A stretch of DNA of 64,000 bases. Origin: Mobula hypostoma (lineage: Eukaryota). The notes under the pieces were generated by a model. That model made no database searches. It was not told where the DNA came from and saw nothing but the letters and a program-made list of their open reading frames with translations. Position numbers and translations under genes: made by a program. Numbering within the stretch: position 1 is the stretch's first letter; the number at the start of each line of letters is the position of its first letter. The stretch covers positions 85,872,001 through 85,936,000 of the forward strand of contig NC_086108.1 of NCBI RefSeq assembly GCF_963921235.1, written 5' to 3'. Positions 59,427-64,000 of this stretch are shown here, piece after piece.

Positions 59427-62400
59427 ATTAGCGGGGGCTACTGAGGTGACTTTAAACTAGAATGGTTGGGGGGTGGGAATCAAATTAAAGAGGCTAGGCG
59501 TGAGGAAGTTAGTTCACAACAGGGGGATGGGAACCAGTGCAGAGAGACAGAGGGGTGTAAAGTGAGGGTAGAAGCAAAAAGTACTAAGGAGAAAAGTAAA
59601 AGTGGCAGGCCGACAAATCCAGGGCAAGCATTAAAAAGGGCCACTTTTCAACATAATTGTATAAGGGCTAAGAGAGTTGTAAAAGAGCGCCTGAAGGCTT
59701 TGTGTTTCAATGCAAGAGGCATTCGTAATAAAGTGGATGAATTGAAAGTGCAGATTGTTATTAATGATTATGATATAGTTGGGATCACAGAGACATGGCT
59801 CCAGGGTGACCAGGGATGGGAGCTCAACGTTCAGGGATATTCAATATTCAGGAGGGATAGACATGAAGGAAGGGGAGGTGGGGTGGCGCTGCTGGTTAAA
59901 GAAGAGATTAACGCAATAGAAAGGAAGGACATAAGCCGGGAAGATGTGGAATCGATATGGGTAGAGCTGCGTAACACTAAGGGGCAGAAGACGCTGGTGG
60001 GAGTTGTGTTCAGGCCACCTAACAGTAGTAGTGAGGTTGGAGATGGTATTAAACAGGGAATTAGAAATGTGTGCAATAAAGGAACAGCAGTTATAATGGG
60101 TGACTTCAATCTACATGTAGATTGGGTGAACCAAATTGGTAAAGGTGCTGAGGAAGAGGATTTCTTGGAATGTATGCGGGATGGTTTTTTGAACCAACAT
60201 GTCGAGGAACCAACTAGAGAGCAGGCTATTCTGGACTGGGTTTTCAGCAATGAGGAAGGGTTAATTAGCGATCTTGTCGTGAGAGGCCCCTTGGGTAAGA
60301 GTGACCATAATATGGTGGAATTCTTCATTAAGATGGAGAGTGACATAGTTAATTCAGAAACAAAGGTTCTGAACTTAAAGAGGGGTAACTTTCAAGGTAT
60401 GAGACGTGAATTAGCTAAGATAGACTGGCAAATAACACTTAAAGGATTGACAGTGGATATGCAATGGCAAGCATTTAAAGGTTGCATGGATGAACTACAA
60501 CAATTGTTCATCCCAGTTTGGCAAAAGAATAAATCAAGGAAGGTAGTGCACCCGTGGCTGACAAGAGAAATTAGGGATAGTATCAATTCCAAAGAAGAAG
60601 CATACAAATTAGCCAGAGAAAGTGGCTCACCTGAGGACTGGGAGAAATTCAGAGTTCAGCAGAGGAGGACAAAGGGCTTAATTAGGAAGGGGAAAAAAGA
60701 TTATGAGATAAAACTGGCAGGGAACATAAAAACGGACTGTAAAAGCTTTTATAGATATGTAAAAAGGAAAAGACTGGTAAAGACAAATGTAGGTCCCCTG
60801 CAGACAGAAAAAGGTGAATTGATTATGGGGAGCAAGGACATGGCAGACCAATTGAATAATTACTTTGGTTCTATCTTCACTAGGGAGGACATAAATAATC
60901 TTCCAGAAATAGTAGGGGACAGAGGGTCCAGTGAGATGGAGGAACTGAGTGAAATACATGTTAGTAGGGAAGTGGTGTTAGGTAAATTGAAGGGATTGAA
61001 GGCAGATAAATCCCCCGGGCCAGATGGTCTGCATCCTAGAGTGCTTAAGGAAGTAGCCCAAGAAATAGTGGATGCATTAGTGATAATTTTTCAAAACTCG
61101 TTAGATTCTGGACTAGTTCCTGAGGATTGGAGGGTGGCTAATGTAACTCCACTTTTTAAAAAAGGAGGGAGAGAGAAACCGGGGAATTATAGACCGGTTA
61201 GCCTAATGTCGGTGGTGGGGAAACTGCTGGAGTCAGTTATCAAGGATGTGATAACAGCACATTTGGAAAGCGGTGAAATGATCGGACAAAGTCAGCATGG
61301 ATTTGTGAAAGGAAAATCATGTCTGACGAATCTCATAGAATTTTTTGAGGATGTAACTAGTAGAGTGGATAGGGGAGAACCAGTGGATGTGGTATATTTG
61401 GATTTTCAAAAGGCTTTTGACAAGATCCCACACAGGAGATTAGTGTGCAAACTTAAAGCACACGGTATTGGGGGTAAGGTATTGGTGTGGGTGGAGAATT
61501 GGTTAGCAGACAGGAAACAAAGAATGGGAATAAACGGGACCTTTTCAGAATGGCAGGCGGTGACTAGTGGGGTACCGCAAGGCTCAGTGCTGGGACCCCA
61601 GTTGTTTGCAATATATATTAATGACTTGGATGAGGGAATTAAATGCAGCATCTCCAAGTTTGTGGATGACACGAAGCTGGGTGGCAGTGTTAGCTGTGAG
61701 GAGGATGCTAAGAGGATGCAGGGTGACTTGGATAGGTTGGGTGAGTGGGCAAATTCATGGCAGATACAATTTAATGTGGATAAATGTGAAGTTATCCACT
61801 TTGGTTGCAAAAATAGGAAAACAGATTATTATCTGAACGGTGGCCGATTAGGAAAAGGGGAGGTGCAACGAGACCTGGGTGTCATTATACACCAGTCATT
61901 GAAAGTGGGCATGCAGGTACAGCAGGCGGTGAAAAAGGCGAATGGTATGCTGGCATTCATAGTGAGAGGATTCGAGTACAGGAGCAGGGAGGTACTACTG
62001 CAGTTGTACAGGGCCTTGGTGAGACCACACCTGGAGTATTGTGTGCAGTTTTGGTCCCCTAATCTGAGGAAAGACATCCTTGCCATAGAGGGAGTACAAA
62101 GAAAGTTCACCAGATTGATTCCTGGGATGGCAGGACTTTCATATGAAGAAAGACTGGATGAACTGGGATTGTACTCGTTGGAATTTAGAAGATTGAGGGG
62201 GGATCTGATTGAAACATATAAGATCCTAAAGGGATTGGACAGGCTAGATGCAGGAAGATTGTTCCCGATGTTGGGGAAGTCCAGAACGAGGGACCACAGT
62301 TTGAGGATAGAGGGGAAGCCTTTTAGGACCGAGATTAGGAAAAACTTCTTCACACAGAGAGTGGTGAATCTGTGGAATTCTCTGCCACAGGAAACAGTTG

Positions 62401-62597
62401 AGGCCAGTTCATTGGCTATATTTAAGAGGGAGTTAGATATGGCCATTGTGGCTACGGGGATCAGGGGGTATGGAGGGAAGGCTGGGGCGGGGTTCTGAGT
62501 TGGATGATCAGCCATGATCATAATAAATGGCGGTGCAGGCTCAAAGGGCCAAATGGCCTACTCCTGCACCTATTTTCTATGTTTCTATGTTTCTATG
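59427..62597 (+). mobile_element. Young 5'-truncated CR1 LINE (last 10 codons of ORF1, full ORF2, 3' UTR, (TTTCTATG)n tail)
   Basis: Clean junctions within an opposite-strand CR1; no TSD, TG microhomology at the tail. Confidence 0.97.
59466..62498 (+). CDS. CR1 ORF2: APE-type endonuclease + non-LTR reverse transcriptase (frame open from 59445; true start unknown)
   Basis: FNARGI, GITETWL, GDFN, ILDWVF, SDHN; NYRPVSL, QHGF, DFQKAFD, GVPQGSVLGP, KFVDD, RDLGV; no stops. Confidence 0.95.
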   Translation: MGGGNQIKEARREEVSSQQGDGNQCRETEGCKVRVEAKSTKEKSKSGRPTNPGQALKRATFQHNCIRAKRVVKERLKALCFNARGIRNKVDELKVQIVINDYDIVGITETWLQGDQGWELNVQGYSIFRRDRHEGRGGGVALLVKEEINAIERKDISREDVESIWVELRNTKGQKTLVGVVFRPPNSSSEVGDGIKQGIRNVCNKGTAVIMGDFNLHVDWVNQIGKGAEEEDFLECMRDGFLNQHVEEPTREQAILDWVFSNEEGLISDLVVRGPLGKSDHNMVEFFIKMESDIVNSETKVLNLKRGNFQGMRRELAKIDWQITLKGLTVDMQWQAFKGCMDELQQLFIPVWQKNKSRKVVHPWLTREIRDSINSKEEAYKLARESGSPEDWEKFRVQQRRTKGLIRKGKKDYEIKLAGNIKTDCKSFYRYVKRKRLVKTNVGPLQTEKGELIMGSKDMADQLNNYFGSIFTREDINNLPEIVGDRGSSEMEELSEIHVSREVVLGKLKGLKADKSPGPDGLHPRVLKEVAQEIVDALVIIFQNSLDSGLVPEDWRVANVTPLFKKGGREKPGNYRPVSLMSVVGKLLESVIKDVITAHLESGEMIGQSQHGFVKGKSCLTNLIEFFEDVTSRVDRGEPVDVVYLDFQKAFDKIPHRRLVCKLKAHGIGGKVLVWVENWLADRKQRMGINGTFSEWQAVTSGVPQGSVLGPQLFAIYINDLDEGIKCSISKFVDDTKLGGSVSCEEDAKRMQGDLDRLGEWANSWQIQFNVDKCEVIHFGCKNRKTDYYLNGGRLGKGEVQRDLGVIIHQSLKVGMQVQQAVKKANGMLAFIVRGFEYRSREVLLQLYRALVRPHLEYCVQFWSPNLRKDILAIEGVQRKFTRLIPGMAGLSYEERLDELGLYSLEFRRLRGDLIETYKILKGLDRLDAGRLFPMLGKSRTRDHSLRIEGKPFRTEIRKNFFTQRVVNLWNSLPQETVEASSLAIFKRELDMAIVATGIRGYGGKAGAGF

Positions 62598-62742
62598 AAC
62601 CCTCTCCAATGTAAGCACATTCCTTTTTAAATAAGTGGCCCAAGACTGCTCACAATACTCCAAGTGAGGCCTCACCAGTGCCTTATACAACCTTAACATT
62701 ACATCATTGCTATTTAATTCTAGGCCTCTTGAAATTAATACT

Positions 62743-64000
62743 ATAAGACCATAAGATATAGGAACAGAAGCAGGCCATTCAGCCCATCAAATCTGCTTTG
62801 CCATTTAATCATGAGCTGATCCAATTCTTCCAGTCATCCCCACTCCCCTGCCTTCTCCCCATACCCTTTGATGCCCGGGCTAATAAAGAACTTATCTGTC
62901 TCTGCCTTAAATACACCCAATGACTTGGCCTCCACAGCTGCCCGTGGCAAAAAATTCCACGGATTTACCACCCTCTGACCAATGTAATTTCTCCGCATCT
63001 CTGTTCTCAACAGATGTCCTTCAATCCTGAAGTTGTATCTTCTTGTCCTAGACTCCCCTACCATGGAAAATAACTTTAGCATATCTAATCTGTTCAGGCC
63101 TTTTAACATTCAGAATGTTTCAATAAGATCCCCCCCTCATTCTCCTGAAATCCAGGGAATACAGCCCAAGAGCTGCCAGACATTCCTCATACGGTAACCC
63201 TTTCATTCTTGGAATCATCCTCATGAATCTTCTCTGAACCTCCCAATGTCACTATATCCTTTCTAAAACAAGGAGCCCAAAACTGCACACAATACTCCAA
63301 GTGTGGTCTCATGAGTGCCTTATCAAACCTCAACATCACATCCCTGCTCTTATATTCTATACCTCTAGAAATAAATGCCAACATTGCATTCACCTTCTTC
63401 ACAACTGACTTAACCTTTAGGATATCTTGCACAATGACTCCCAGGTCCCTTTGCATCTCTGCATTTTGAATTCTTTCCCCAACTAAATAATAGTCTGCCT
63501 GTTTATTTGTTCCAGCAAAGTGCATGACCATACACTTTCCAACATTGTATTTCATTTGCCACTTCTTTGCCCATTCCTCTAAACTATCTAAGTCTCTCTG
63601 GAGGCTCTCTGTTTCCTCAATGCAACCAACTGCTCCACCCATCTTTGTATCATCAGCAAATTTAGCCACAAATCCATTAATCCTATAGTCCAAATCATTG
63701 ACATACATCGTAAAAGCAGCGGTCCCAACACCGACCTCTGTGGAACTCCACTGGTAACCAGCAGCCAGCCAGATACCCATGTTAGTAACTCCCCTGTAAT
63801 TCCATGGGCTCTTATCTTGCTAAGCAGCCTCCTGTGTGGCACCTTGTCAAAGGCCTTCTGAAAATCCAAGTACACCACATCTACTGCATCTCCTTTCTCT
63901 ACCCTGCTTGTAATTTCCTTAAAAAATTGCATTAGGGTAGTCAAGCAAGATTTTTCTTTCAGGAAATTATGTTGGCTTTGGCCTATTTTGTCATGTGCCT
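62743..64000 (-). mobile_element. CR1 RT plus 3' end (runs off window end), frameshifted
   Basis: VYLDFQKAFDKVPH, KFADDTK, RPHLEYCVQFW. Confidence 0.95.

Noticed and set aside
59831..62521. Long antisense ORFs (171, 134, 230 aa) opposite CR1 ORF2
   Set aside because: Shadow ORFs expected opposite a long coding frame; no independent domain evidence
1..64000. Prokaryotic systems (CRISPR array, retron, DGR, operon) suggested by the many RT ORFs
   Set aside because: All RTs belong to eukaryotic retroelements (CR1, Rex1, Penelope); no regularly spaced repeat-spacer array or gene-dense layout

Overview
Eukaryotic (vertebrate) non-genic or intronic DNA. The repeat mix (CR1 LINEs with an SGNH-esterase ORF1, Rex1/Babar LINEs, Penelope-like elements, HE1/V-SINE-like SINEs, Tc1 relics, short Gypsy-type solo LTRs) suggests a cartilaginous fish; this is an inference. 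Most of the window is nested, decayed transposable elements, and I could not recognise any host gene (two weak exon candidates only). One CR1 copy (59427-62597) retains an uninterrupted ~1010-codon ORF2 (APE endonuclease + RT). Main finding: all four CR1 ORF1/ORF2 junctions, from diverged subfamilies, end ORF1 with T-TTA-AAC-stop. This is the U_UUA_AAC slippery heptamer in the correct phase, and the ORF2-leader frame continues at -1. In the intact copy ORF2 has no AUG before the endonuclease, which points to -1 programmed ribosomal frameshifting. Other items: decayed hammerhead ribozyme motifs in Penelope terminal repeats, a candidate split HDV-like ribozyme in an RTE-like non-autonomous element, tRNA-SINEs with swapped tails, and a templated-insertion scar. 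Element boundaries were read by eye, and family names are by recognition, not database search.
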